From: an uncultured virus (IMG/VR IMGVR_UViG_3300042691_030539)
Taxonomy: Duplodnaviria; Heunggongvirae; Uroviricota; Caudoviricetes
Reading direction: 5' to 3' (one strand)
DNA length: 20,000 nucleotides
IMG/VR virus record: IMGVR_UViG_3300042691_030539
Under the pieces are notes generated by a model. It did no database searches and was not told the DNA's origin. It saw only the letters and a program-made list of their open reading frames with translations. Shown here piece by piece: positions 1 to 8,343 of this stretch. The position numbers and the translations under genes are program-made. Numbering within the stretch: the stretch's first letter is position 1; each line of letters starts with the position of its first letter.

Positions 1-2
1 TT

Positions 3-341
3 TCTAATATGCCAGAAAATTGGGATAAAGAAAATAATTTTAGAGAAGAAGTTCGGAACGATGAATATAGAGTTTTTAATAATCTAATGTTGGAGTATTG
101 GGATAAACATTTAGAAAACTATTTTCCAAAAAAGAGAGATATGCAAATAGCAGATGCAGTACTGGAATTATTCAGACGTGCAGAGTACATAGAAAACTTT
201 AATAAAAAATCATTATACCTTCTGATACGAGAAATGACAGGTCATCCAACTCATTATATTACAAAAGTTGTAAATAAAATGAAAGAAAAACAAATGGATT
301 TATATAATGAATTTGATATAACAGGAGATATAAAAATTTAA
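3..341 (+). CDS. C-terminal part of a probable phage RNA polymerase sigma-factor-like (late transcription) protein, truncated by the window edge
   Basis: The frame is open to the window start (tct aat atg), so the ATG at 9 is probably internal. The helical segment DMQIADAVLELFRRAEYIENFNKKSLYLLIREMTGHPTHYITKVVNKMK looks like a C-terminal HTH and resembles the tail of sigma-like proteins I recall from large aquatic phages. The diagnostic N-terminal region is not visible. Confidence 0.45.
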   Translation, partial: SNMPENWDKENNFREEVRNDEYRVFNNLMLEYWDKHLENYFPKKRDMQIADAVLELFRRAEYIENFNKKSLYLLIREMTGHPTHYITKVVNKMKEKQMDLYNEFDITGDIKI

Positions 342-343
342 TT

Positions 344-2047
344 ATGATACAATTAGGATTATCAGGATTCTACCACGATTCCGCCGCAGCATTGGTTATA
401 GATGGAAAAGTAATAGCAGCAATAGAAGAAGAGAAACTATCGGGTATAAAGCACGATAGTTCTTTTCCGTTTAAAGCAATTCAATGGGTTTTGGAATATG
501 CGCAAGTTACAATTGATGAAGTTGATATGGTTTGTTGGTATGAGGTTCCTGAAATAAAATTTAATCGAGTATATAAATCTTTATTTGGTGATTGGAAGGA
601 TTTTTTATTAGGAAAAGGTAGAAGAAATCGATTTATCAAAAGATGGAATTCAAATGAAGGTAATATAAAGGGTATATTGAATTCTATTGGTTATGAGGGC
701 GTTGTTGTTTATACAAAGCACCATCTATCTCATTTGGCTTTTTCTTATTACACATCCCCATTTAATGATGCTATAGGGTTATCCGTTGATGCGGTGGGTG
801 AAGATGAAACTCTTTTAGCCTGTTATATTAGAGATAATAATTTTCATAAAATTACAAATTTAAAATTTCCAAATTCATTAGGATTGGTATATTCCGCATT
901 AACCGCATATTTAGGATTCAAACCAAATGAAGGTGAATATAAAGTTATGGGATTGGCTCCATACGGAGATAAAAAGAAATACGAATATGTATTTGATAAA
1001 ATAACATTTTATGATAGAGTGTTAGATTTAATAAACATAAATCAAAAATATTTTACATATCAAACATCAGAAGTCGATATGTTTAATTCTAAACTTATAG
1101 AATTAATTGGATTTCTTCCCAGATTTAAAGATGAACCGATAGAACAGCATCATAAGGATTTGGCAGCTGCACTTCAGAGTTGGTACGAATCTCAATTTTA
1201 TTTTATATTAAATAGAGTAAATAGTAATTGGAATAGTGATAATTTAGTGTTGGCTGGTGGTTGTGCATATAATGGTACGGCTAATGGTAAAATAAAACAC
1301 CACACTACTTTCAAAAATGTTTGGATTCCATTCGCACCATCCGATGCCGGATCTGCAATAGGATCGTGTTTATATCATTGGCATATAACATTGGGCAATC
1401 CAAAAGTAGTTGGGGGAGATAATCAAACACCATTTACAGGTCCGGAATATACGGAAGAAGAAATATTAAACGCACTCGGAAAGGTTTCGGATTTAAATAT
1501 AATAATCATGAAGGATGAATCGGAGTTACGTTCATCTGTTGCAAAGTTAATAAAAGATGGTAATATCATTGGGTGGTTTAGAGGTAGGACTGAATTTGGT
1601 GCGAGGGCATTGGGAAATCGTTCTATTTTAGGAAATCCACATCTTCCAGATATTAGAGATAGAATTAATAAGGTTGTCAAAAAGAGAGAAATGTTTAGAC
1701 CATTTGCACCATCGGTAACACATGAGGATTATAAAAAATATTTCAAATCCGAAGAGGATGTTCCATATATGAATCAAGTTGTGCAAGTTATTTCACAAAC
1801 ACCGATTCCATCGGTAACACACGTTGATAATTCGGCAAGAATACAGACGGTCAAAAGAGAGCAGAATCCACTATATTATGATTTATTAAAAGAATTTGAA
1901 AAGATAACAGGAACACCAATCCTATTAAACACATCATTTAATTTAAAGGATTATACTATGGTAAATTCTCCTGAACAAGCCATATGGACATTTAAAAATT
2001 CTGATATGGATTATTTGGTATTGGGTAACTTTTTGATTAGTAAATAA
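344..2047 (+). CDS. Carbamoyltransferase, CmcH/NodU/TobZ family (Kae1-like N-domain plus YrdC-like C-domain)
   Basis: N-domain motifs: HDSAAAL..AAIEEEK, HHLSH (metal-binding HHxxH), DAVGE, SLGLVY..LGF..EGEYKVMGLAPYG, LAGGCAYN, DAGSAIG. C-domain motifs: EFGARALGNRSIL, KKREMFRPFAPSV, VTHVDNSARIQTV, LLNTSFN. Confidence 0.95.
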   Translation: MIQLGLSGFYHDSAAALVIDGKVIAAIEEEKLSGIKHDSSFPFKAIQWVLEYAQVTIDEVDMVCWYEVPEIKFNRVYKSLFGDWKDFLLGKGRRNRFIKRWNSNEGNIKGILNSIGYEGVVVYTKHHLSHLAFSYYTSPFNDAIGLSVDAVGEDETLLACYIRDNNFHKITNLKFPNSLGLVYSALTAYLGFKPNEGEYKVMGLAPYGDKKKYEYVFDKITFYDRVLDLININQKYFTYQTSEVDMFNSKLIELIGFLPRFKDEPIEQHHKDLAAALQSWYESQFYFILNRVNSNWNSDNLVLAGGCAYNGTANGKIKHHTTFKNVWIPFAPSDAGSAIGSCLYHWHITLGNPKVVGGDNQTPFTGPEYTEEEILNALGKVSDLNIIIMKDESELRSSVAKLIKDGNIIGWFRGRTEFGARALGNRSILGNPHLPDIRDRINKVVKKREMFRPFAPSVTHEDYKKYFKSEEDVPYMNQVVQVISQTPIPSVTHVDNSARIQTVKREQNPLYYDLLKEFEKITGTPILLNTSFNLKDYTMVNSPEQAIWTFKNSDMDYLVLGNFLISK

Positions 2048-2062
2048 TTATTAGTATAAATA
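2043..2062 (+). promoter_or_regulatory. Putative late promoter region (ATAATTATT variant at 2044-2052; exact TATAAATA at 2055-2062)
   Basis: One-mismatch copy of the recurring ATATTTAT(A/T) motif, plus a T4-late-box match, in the gap before ATG 2072. The AT-rich context lowers significance. Confidence 0.4.
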
Positions 2063-2071
2063 ATAAATTTT

Positions 2072-2476
2072 ATGAGTACTGAATTTCAGTTATTTGATGG
2101 TAAAAATTTATCCTCTTTATTCAGAGATATATACGAAAACCAACAGAATAAAAAGAAAAATATTTCCGATTTGATTGAATCACTTCGTAAATTAATTAAG
2201 AACGTTGGTGAAGCAACTGTCATTGCTCCTATAATAAAAGACCTTATCGAAGTATCGGTTAAGAACGATGAACACTTAATTAAGATGGCTACTATTGCTC
2301 AAAGACTTGCTGCAGCAGAGGCTAAGGGAATTGGTGAAGATGGTTGGTTGAGTGAAAATGAAAAAGCACAATTGTTAAACGATTTGGAAGATAGTGTAAA
2401 TGAATTGGAGAAATCAACAAAAGAAAAGTTGACAGATATTGAAATAGAGATAGAAGAAATAAAAACAAAATCATAA
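2072..2476 (+). CDS. Hypothetical alpha-helical/coiled-coil phage protein
   Basis: 134-aa ORF with amphipathic helices and a charged C-terminus, overlapping the next gene via ATAATG. Confidence 0.8.
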   Translation: MSTEFQLFDGKNLSSLFRDIYENQQNKKKNISDLIESLRKLIKNVGEATVIAPIIKDLIEVSVKNDEHLIKMATIAQRLAAAEAKGIGEDGWLSENEKAQLLNDLEDSVNELEKSTKEKLTDIEIEIEEIKTKS

Positions 2477-3690
2477 TGGAAGCATTTTTAGCAACGGTTA
2501 AAAAAGTATATTTAACTGAAGATGATTTTAAAGAATTGGATACTGAAAACGATTTTGTTAAGTATTACAATAATAATAAAAACTTTTTCGGCAAAGATGC
2601 TAGATTTTTGGGTGCAATTGAATTTGCAAGGGATATTCCGTATAAAATAGAAAACTATGCATTTCCATTTGATAAAAATAATATGACCTTCCCGATTGTG
2701 GGTGAAACCGTTTTTATATTAGTAAATAATAGGGAATATTATTGGATGCCATTTGCAAATGTTCAATATCCAAATTATAGAGAAGATTATAAAATTTCCG
2801 AAGCTTCAAAAGAAAAGAGTATAGAAAATTTAGATAATTCATCAAAAAATCAACAATACAAAGAAAATAAATCAACAGGAACACCAAACAATAAACCAAA
2901 TCTGACGGAATCAAAAAAGAAAAGTTATGAAGTAAAAGAAAAAGTAAAATTCTTAAAACCAAAAGAGGGAGATACGATTATAAGTGGTAGAGTTGGAAAT
3001 ACCATTAGATTTTCAGAGTTTTTTTTAACTTCGGATGGCAAAACATCTTCACCATCAATAATAATACGAAATAAACAAAACCCAGAATTTGATAATAAGA
3101 AAATTGGTGAATTAGTAGAAGAAGATATTAATAAAGATGGTACATCCGTTTATATAACATCCGGTAAGGTGAAAATACCATTCAAAGAAACTATTAAAAA
3201 ACAAAAAGTAGGTTTTAAAAATTATCCAAATTCAAAAGATTTTGAAGGTGATCAATTGTTTGTAAACTCTGATAGGGTATTAATATCAGCAAAAGCCTAT
3301 GAATGTATTATATACGGAAAGACGAATACAGGAATAATAACGGATGGAAACTTTTCTGTTGATGCAGAAAAGGAAGTGTATATTCACTCTAATAATAAAA
3401 TAACAATACATTCGGCTGGAAATAATCAAATATTTTTAAATTCAGAGAATGGCAAAATATATTTAGGAAAAAATAAAGGAGAAGGAAATGAAGGTGCGGA
3501 TGTTCAGAAGATGGTATTGGGTGGTGAACTTGTAGCAATAATGAAAGAATTAATTGATGCAATAAATCAACAACAATATTTAACTCCATCAGGACCATCT
3601 GCAACAGGTCCTGTTAATAGAGCAACGTTTACATCTATAAAAAATAAATTAAACAAACTCTTATCGAGTACAAACTTTGTATCTAAATAA
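2476..3690 (+). CDS. Baseplate central spike protein (T4 gp5 / P2 gpV-like), no lysozyme domain evident
   Basis: OB-fold-type FPIVGETVFIL (PxxGExV) motif; EGDTIISGRVGNTIRF; short beta-strand repeats (FSVDAEKEVYIHSNNKITIHS..QIFLNSENGKIYLG); C-terminal VLGGEL..LIDAI..TPSGPS; located upstream of gp25- and gp6-like genes. Confidence 0.7.
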   Translation: MEAFLATVKKVYLTEDDFKELDTENDFVKYYNNNKNFFGKDARFLGAIEFARDIPYKIENYAFPFDKNNMTFPIVGETVFILVNNREYYWMPFANVQYPNYREDYKISEASKEKSIENLDNSSKNQQYKENKSTGTPNNKPNLTESKKKSYEVKEKVKFLKPKEGDTIISGRVGNTIRFSEFFLTSDGKTSSPSIIIRNKQNPEFDNKKIGELVEEDINKDGTSVYITSGKVKIPFKETIKKQKVGFKNYPNSKDFEGDQLFVNSDRVLISAKAYECIIYGKTNTGIITDGNFSVDAEKEVYIHSNNKITIHSAGNNQIFLNSENGKIYLGKNKGEGNEGADVQKMVLGGELVAIMKELIDAINQQQYLTPSGPSATGPVNRATFTSIKNKLNKLLSSTNFVSK

Positions 3691-4238
3691 TGTCATGGAG
3701 TGCATTTAAATCTACTTTACTACCGGCCATGCAATCTAATTTGTTTGGTAATAATATTGATGGATTTGCCAAAACATTTACCACATCATACGATATTGCA
3801 ATAAAAGGTGGAAAGGAAACCATAAATCCTATACCATTATTAAAAGGTAATACATCTGCTATGGAGGCACAATTGGCTTCCCTTTTGAGACAAACTCAAA
3901 TGTCAAAATCAACAACATTATTGGATATAATCGGACCGGCAATAATATCATATTGGGCAGGCGGTACAATGGCACCTATACCACCATTAATACCTGCGCC
4001 CGGAGCGATTGCAAATATAGTATTGACTCAGGGAACGGTACTTAATCCTGGTACATGGAGTCCGATACCCGTTCCACCCAATAATGACTCTTCTGTATTT
4101 TTAAATGCGTTTATAACAGCTGCAAAGATACATTTATCAACTGTTAGTGGTTTATATGTTGTGTTAGCACAATACCCACCACCTGCACCCCCTGCCCCAG
4201 GGGTTTTGCCATGGACGGGGTATATTGTACCTGATTAA
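3690..4238 (+). CDS. Proline-rich hypothetical protein, probably spike/baseplate-associated
   Basis: 182-aa ORF coupled to the spike gene (ATAATG). Pro-rich segments APIPPLIPAPGA, SPIPVPP and YPPPAPPAPG. Confidence 0.7.
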   Translation: MSWSAFKSTLLPAMQSNLFGNNIDGFAKTFTTSYDIAIKGGKETINPIPLLKGNTSAMEAQLASLLRQTQMSKSTTLLDIIGPAIISYWAGGTMAPIPPLIPAPGAIANIVLTQGTVLNPGTWSPIPVPPNNDSSVFLNAFITAAKIHLSTVSGLYVVLAQYPPPAPPAPGVLPWTGYIVPD

Positions 4239-4251
4239 ATTTTAACTTTCA

Positions 4252-4260
4252 ATATTTATA
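4252..4260 (+). promoter_or_regulatory. Putative phage late promoter ATATTTATA
   Basis: Motif recurs in five intergenic gaps; here 14 nt before ATG 4275. Confidence 0.6.
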
Positions 4261-4274
4261 TAAAAACAATTATT

Positions 4275-4784
4275 ATGGATTCAAAATTATTAGTCGGATT
4301 GATTAAAGAAGTTGTTCAACGTGAAGTTAAGCAACAGGTCAAAGAAGAACTGGCGAAGTTAATTAAATCCGGTGCGGTTACATTAAACAAAGAAAGAAAG
4401 CAGCCATCATTAATGGAAATGACGGAAGTTAATAAAACTGCACCGATTAAAACACAGACAGTTACTACGCAAATAAAAAGACCTCAACAAACAAAGGAAT
4501 TTACAAAAAATCCTATTTTGAATGAGGTTTTAAATATGACACAACCATTCACTGCACAACAAAGAGCAGAAGGTTCTATGCCAGGAGTTAGTGGTGGTAG
4601 TAGTGTTTTAGATATGATACAGCCACAAATGAGTGTAGAGGAAGATTGGCAAACTATGGATTTTAGAGATATAAACGTACCATCGGATACTCCAAGCTTT
4701 GAAACAACAGGCGATGGACTCCAAGATGCAACAATTAAAGCATTGACAAGAGATTATTCTGAATTAGTAAAGAGATTTAAATAA
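4275..4784 (+). CDS. Hypothetical phage protein
   Basis: 169-aa ORF with an N-terminal helix (LIKEVVQREVKQQVKEEL), a disordered middle and C-terminal ALTRDYSELVKRFK; coupled to the gp25-like gene. Confidence 0.8.
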   Translation: MDSKLLVGLIKEVVQREVKQQVKEELAKLIKSGAVTLNKERKQPSLMEMTEVNKTAPIKTQTVTTQIKRPQQTKEFTKNPILNEVLNMTQPFTAQQRAEGSMPGVSGGSSVLDMIQPQMSVEEDWQTMDFRDINVPSDTPSFETTGDGLQDATIKALTRDYSELVKRFK

Positions 4785-5221
4785 TGGCAATAGAATTAGG
4801 TAAAGTAAATGTAAGCGATTTAACCGAAAATGGTTATAAAAAAATCGGAATTGGAATAAATACAACACCAAATACCGATGGTATATTCGCAACAAATTAC
4901 ACTACTTTATCACAAGCGAAGGATAATATTAAAAATTTATTATTAACGCAAAAGGGTGAACGTTTAATGCAGCCTGATTTTGGTTGTGATATATGGAGAG
5001 TGATATTTGAACAATCGGTAGATGGTGAAATCGATATTGCTATAGAAAATTCAATTATAGATGCTGTAAATACATGGTTACCATATTTAAATATAAATCA
5101 AATTATAATTGATAGTGATGATGATAGTAAAGATAGTAATAGAATTGGTTTAGAAATCAATTTTTCATTAACATCAAATCCAAATTTGAAAGATTCGGTA
5201 AAAATTGTATTAAATAATTAA
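4784..5221 (+). CDS. Baseplate wedge subunit / sheath initiator, T4 gp25 / P2 gpW-like
   Basis: Signature IKNLLLTQKGERLMQPDFGCDIWRVIFE...I.DAVNTWLPYL. Confidence 0.92.
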   Translation: MAIELGKVNVSDLTENGYKKIGIGINTTPNTDGIFATNYTTLSQAKDNIKNLLLTQKGERLMQPDFGCDIWRVIFEQSVDGEIDIAIENSIIDAVNTWLPYLNINQIIIDSDDDSKDSNRIGLEINFSLTSNPNLKDSVKIVLNN

Positions 5222-5224
5222 TAA

Positions 5225-7249
5225 ATGGCAATTAAAAGTGTAAAAAAATCTTGGGGAGCAAATAAAGACATAAATTATGTCGGAAAGGATTTTGAATCGT
5301 TAAAACAAAATTTAATAGATTATACAAAAACCTATTTCCCAAATACATATTCGGATTTTAATGAAGCATCTCCGGGTATGGTTTTCATAGAACAGGCTGC
5401 AGCAATAGGTGATGTATTATCTTTTTATCAAGATACACAACTAAAAGAATCAATGCTTGCATATGCAACGGAGCGTAAAAATGTTATGGCATTGGCACAG
5501 GCAATGGGGTACAAACCAAAAGTAACAACACCTGCAGTTACGACTCTAACGGTCTACCAATTAGTTCCATCAAAGGGTGCACCAAATTATGAACCCGATG
5601 AATCTTTTTATTTTAAAATTAGTGAGGGGATGCAAGTTGCATCAACCACAAATTCAAACGTAGTATTTAGAACAAACGATGTTGTAGATTTTGCAAATGA
5701 AACTAATAGAGAAATATCCGTTCACGAAAGAGATGGTACAACAGGATCTCCGACTTTTTATTTGATAACAAAAAAAGTAAAGGCCATTTCTGCTAGAGAA
5801 ATTTCAACTACAATAAACGTTCCAGCTGGTGATTTAGATTATCCATCGGTAAATATATCGGATAATAATATAATTGAGATAGTATCAATAACCGATGAAA
5901 ATAACAACAAATATTATGAAGTACCTTATTTGGCACAAGAAAGTATTTTTGTTGAAAAACCAAATACGGATGTAAATAGTAGTTTGTATGAGTATTCAAA
6001 TGTTGTTCCTTATGTTTTAGAAGTTCAGAAAGTACCAAGAAGATTTTCGGTATTAATAAATTCGGATAACACAACTACTATACAATTTGGAAGTGGTGAT
6101 GTTAACATGAATGATGAAATTATATTACCTAATTCAAAAAATTTAGGTTTAGGTTTGGCAAATTCAATAAAGAGAGTTAATGTTGCAATAGATCCTTCTA
6201 ATTTTTTAAAAACAAATACATTTGGAATAGCCCCTGCAGGGAAAACTTTGACTGTTAAATATTTAGTTGGAGGTGGGGTAGAATCAAACGTAAATCAGGG
6301 TGATTTAACAACTATAAATAGAATAGAGTTTGATGAAGATTTATTATCTATAAGTGAATCGAATTTACCATTGTATCAGACAATGAAAAATTCAATTGCA
6401 ATTGAAAATGAAGAGTCGGCAACTGGTGGTAGAGGATCAGAATCGATTGAAGAGATTAGGCAAAATGCACTTGCTACGTTTGGTTCTCAAAACAGAGCTG
6501 TTACTCGAGAAGATTATGTTGTTAGAGCTTTATCTATGCCAGAACGATACGGTAGTGTTGCAAAAGTTTATGTAAGTCCTGATGGTGAAATCGATAATAA
6601 TTCGCCTGCATCTATACTGGCATCTCCAAAAAATATAGCAGAATTTGTTGGTGTTGTTGAGGGATTAAAAGATAAATCTACAAATGAAATACAAAAAGAA
6701 TTGGTTAAATATCTTTCACAAAAAAAGAAATCAATTTCAGAAGTAAATAATCCATTTGCTATAAACATGTATGTTTTGGGATTTGATTCTAATAAAAAAT
6801 TAACAAACTTAAATCAGGCAGTAAAGGAAAACTTAAAAACATATATTGGAGAATATAGAATGTTGACAGATGCGGTAAATATAATTGATGGATTTGTGGT
6901 CAATATTGGTTGTGATTTTGAAATAATAACTTATTCTGAATATAATAAAACAGAAGTGTTAACAAAGTGTATTACAGAATTGCAAGATTATTTTAATATA
7001 GATAACTGGACATTTAATAAACCAATAAACATTTCGGAAATAGAGTTAATTATTGCAAATGTTGAGGGTGTTATGAGTGTACCTTCTGTTAAAATATATA
7101 ATTTATGTGCAAGTGATAATGGAAATTATTCACCGAATAGGTACAATATAGCAGAAGCAACGCAGGGAAAGATTGTATATCCATCTTTAGATCCTTGTGT
7201 ATTTGAAGTTAAATATCCTAATAAAGATATAAAAGGGAGGGCCTTATAA
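5225..7249 (+). CDS. Baseplate wedge protein, T4 gp6 / baseplate J-like
   Basis: KDFESLKQNLIDY..YSDFNEASPGMVFIE, ATERKNVMALAQAMGYKP, IQFGSG, ATGGRGSESIEEIRQNA, QNRAVTREDY; directly follows the gp25-like gene. Confidence 0.92.
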   Translation: MAIKSVKKSWGANKDINYVGKDFESLKQNLIDYTKTYFPNTYSDFNEASPGMVFIEQAAAIGDVLSFYQDTQLKESMLAYATERKNVMALAQAMGYKPKVTTPAVTTLTVYQLVPSKGAPNYEPDESFYFKISEGMQVASTTNSNVVFRTNDVVDFANETNREISVHERDGTTGSPTFYLITKKVKAISAREISTTINVPAGDLDYPSVNISDNNIIEIVSITDENNNKYYEVPYLAQESIFVEKPNTDVNSSLYEYSNVVPYVLEVQKVPRRFSVLINSDNTTTIQFGSGDVNMNDEIILPNSKNLGLGLANSIKRVNVAIDPSNFLKTNTFGIAPAGKTLTVKYLVGGGVESNVNQGDLTTINRIEFDEDLLSISESNLPLYQTMKNSIAIENEESATGGRGSESIEEIRQNALATFGSQNRAVTREDYVVRALSMPERYGSVAKVYVSPDGEIDNNSPASILASPKNIAEFVGVVEGLKDKSTNEIQKELVKYLSQKKKSISEVNNPFAINMYVLGFDSNKKLTNLNQAVKENLKTYIGEYRMLTDAVNIIDGFVVNIGCDFEIITYSEYNKTEVLTKCITELQDYFNIDNWTFNKPINISEIELIIANVEGVMSVPSVKIYNLCASDNGNYSPNRYNIAEATQGKIVYPSLDPCVFEVKYPNKDIKGRAL

Positions 7250-8343
7250 TGCATAAACTATTTTCATCATCATACGATGCCAGTATCTACCTTCAACAAC
7301 CTGATCAAAACACAGGCAGGGATGAATTATTAGAAGTTGGAAAGTTATACTATTCATCGGTAAAAGATATTGCAAGAAGTTTAGTAAAATTTAATATCAA
7401 TCCTATTTCCAGTTCTTTGCATGATAATAATGTAACAGGGAGTTGGAAATGCTTTTTAAATTTAAAAACCGTTGCCGCTGAAGAAATTCCATTGGAGTAT
7501 ACATTATATGCAAATGCAGTTTCTCAAAGTTGGACAATGGGAACAGGAACCAAATTTGATAACGTAACAACCGATGGTATAAGTTGGAAATATCGAAATG
7601 GATTGGATAAGTGGCAAGATAATACAATAGGTGGTACTGCTACTTATATTGCCGGAACTACCGGATCTGCAAATGCAGAGGGTGGAACGTGGTATACAGC
7701 ATCGGAAGCTTCTCAATCTTTTAATTACGAATCATCCGATTTAAGAATGGATGTAACAGGTATAGTTAATCTCTGGATTAGTGGTACATTACCTAACAAT
7801 GGTTTTATTATACACCATAGTTTGGATAATGAGTATAATAATTCTTTGGATTATGGTATGATAAAATTTTTCTCTAAAGAAACAAGTACAATATACGAAC
7901 CGAAATTAGAACTAGTTTGGAACGATGTATCCTATGTAACAACCGGTCTTTCAAAAGTAACAGGAAGTTTATACGATAATGATTATAAAGTTGTTTTGAC
8001 AAATTTCAAAACAAAATATCCAAAAGATAGTGTTGTTAAAGTTAGATTGAAAGGTAGAGATATGTATCCCTTAAAATCATTTGGATCATCATTTGCATAT
8101 GATCAGGTAAAGCATTTACCAACAGGATCAACTTACTATCAATTGGAAGATTATATAACAAAAGAAGTAATAGTTCCATTCGGTGAATATTCAAAAGTTA
8201 GTTGTGATACATCTGGAAATTATTTTAAAATGGATTTATCAACACTACCAATATCGCGAAATTATTTAGTAAAAATAAAAGTTGTAGAAGATGGAATATC
8301 TACAATAATTGATGATAAATTTATGTTTGAAATTGTAGAATAA
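7249..8343 (+). CDS. Virion protein with a DNRLRE-like beta-sandwich domain
   Basis: DASIY..PDQNTG..LEVG, RSLVKFN, SQSWTMGTG, DVTGIVNLWISG..NNGFII and FFSKE...PKLELVW follow the DNRLRE domain pattern. Confidence 0.7.
   Translation: MHKLFSSSYDASIYLQQPDQNTGRDELLEVGKLYYSSVKDIARSLVKFNINPISSSLHDNNVTGSWKCFLNLKTVAAEEIPLEYTLYANAVSQSWTMGTGTKFDNVTTDGISWKYRNGLDKWQDNTIGGTATYIAGTTGSANAEGGTWYTASEASQSFNYESSDLRMDVTGIVNLWISGTLPNNGFIIHHSLDNEYNNSLDYGMIKFFSKETSTIYEPKLELVWNDVSYVTTGLSKVTGSLYDNDYKVVLTNFKTKYPKDSVVKVRLKGRDMYPLKSFGSSFAYDQVKHLPTGSTYYQLEDYITKEVIVPFGEYSKVSCDTSGNYFKMDLSTLPISRNYLVKIKVVEDGISTIIDDKFMFEIVE

Noticed and set aside
2072..2476. Terminase small subunit assignment for the 134-aa helical protein
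   Set aside because: Size and helicity fit, but there is no recognisable motif and no adjacent large terminase, so it is left as hypothetical.
2476..7249. Bacterial contractile injection system (eCIS/T6SS/tailocin) rather than phage
   Set aside because: The long T4-type gp6, phage resolvase, sigma-like gene, dedicated promoter motif and lack of AAA ATPase/Tss genes favour a lytic phage genome.
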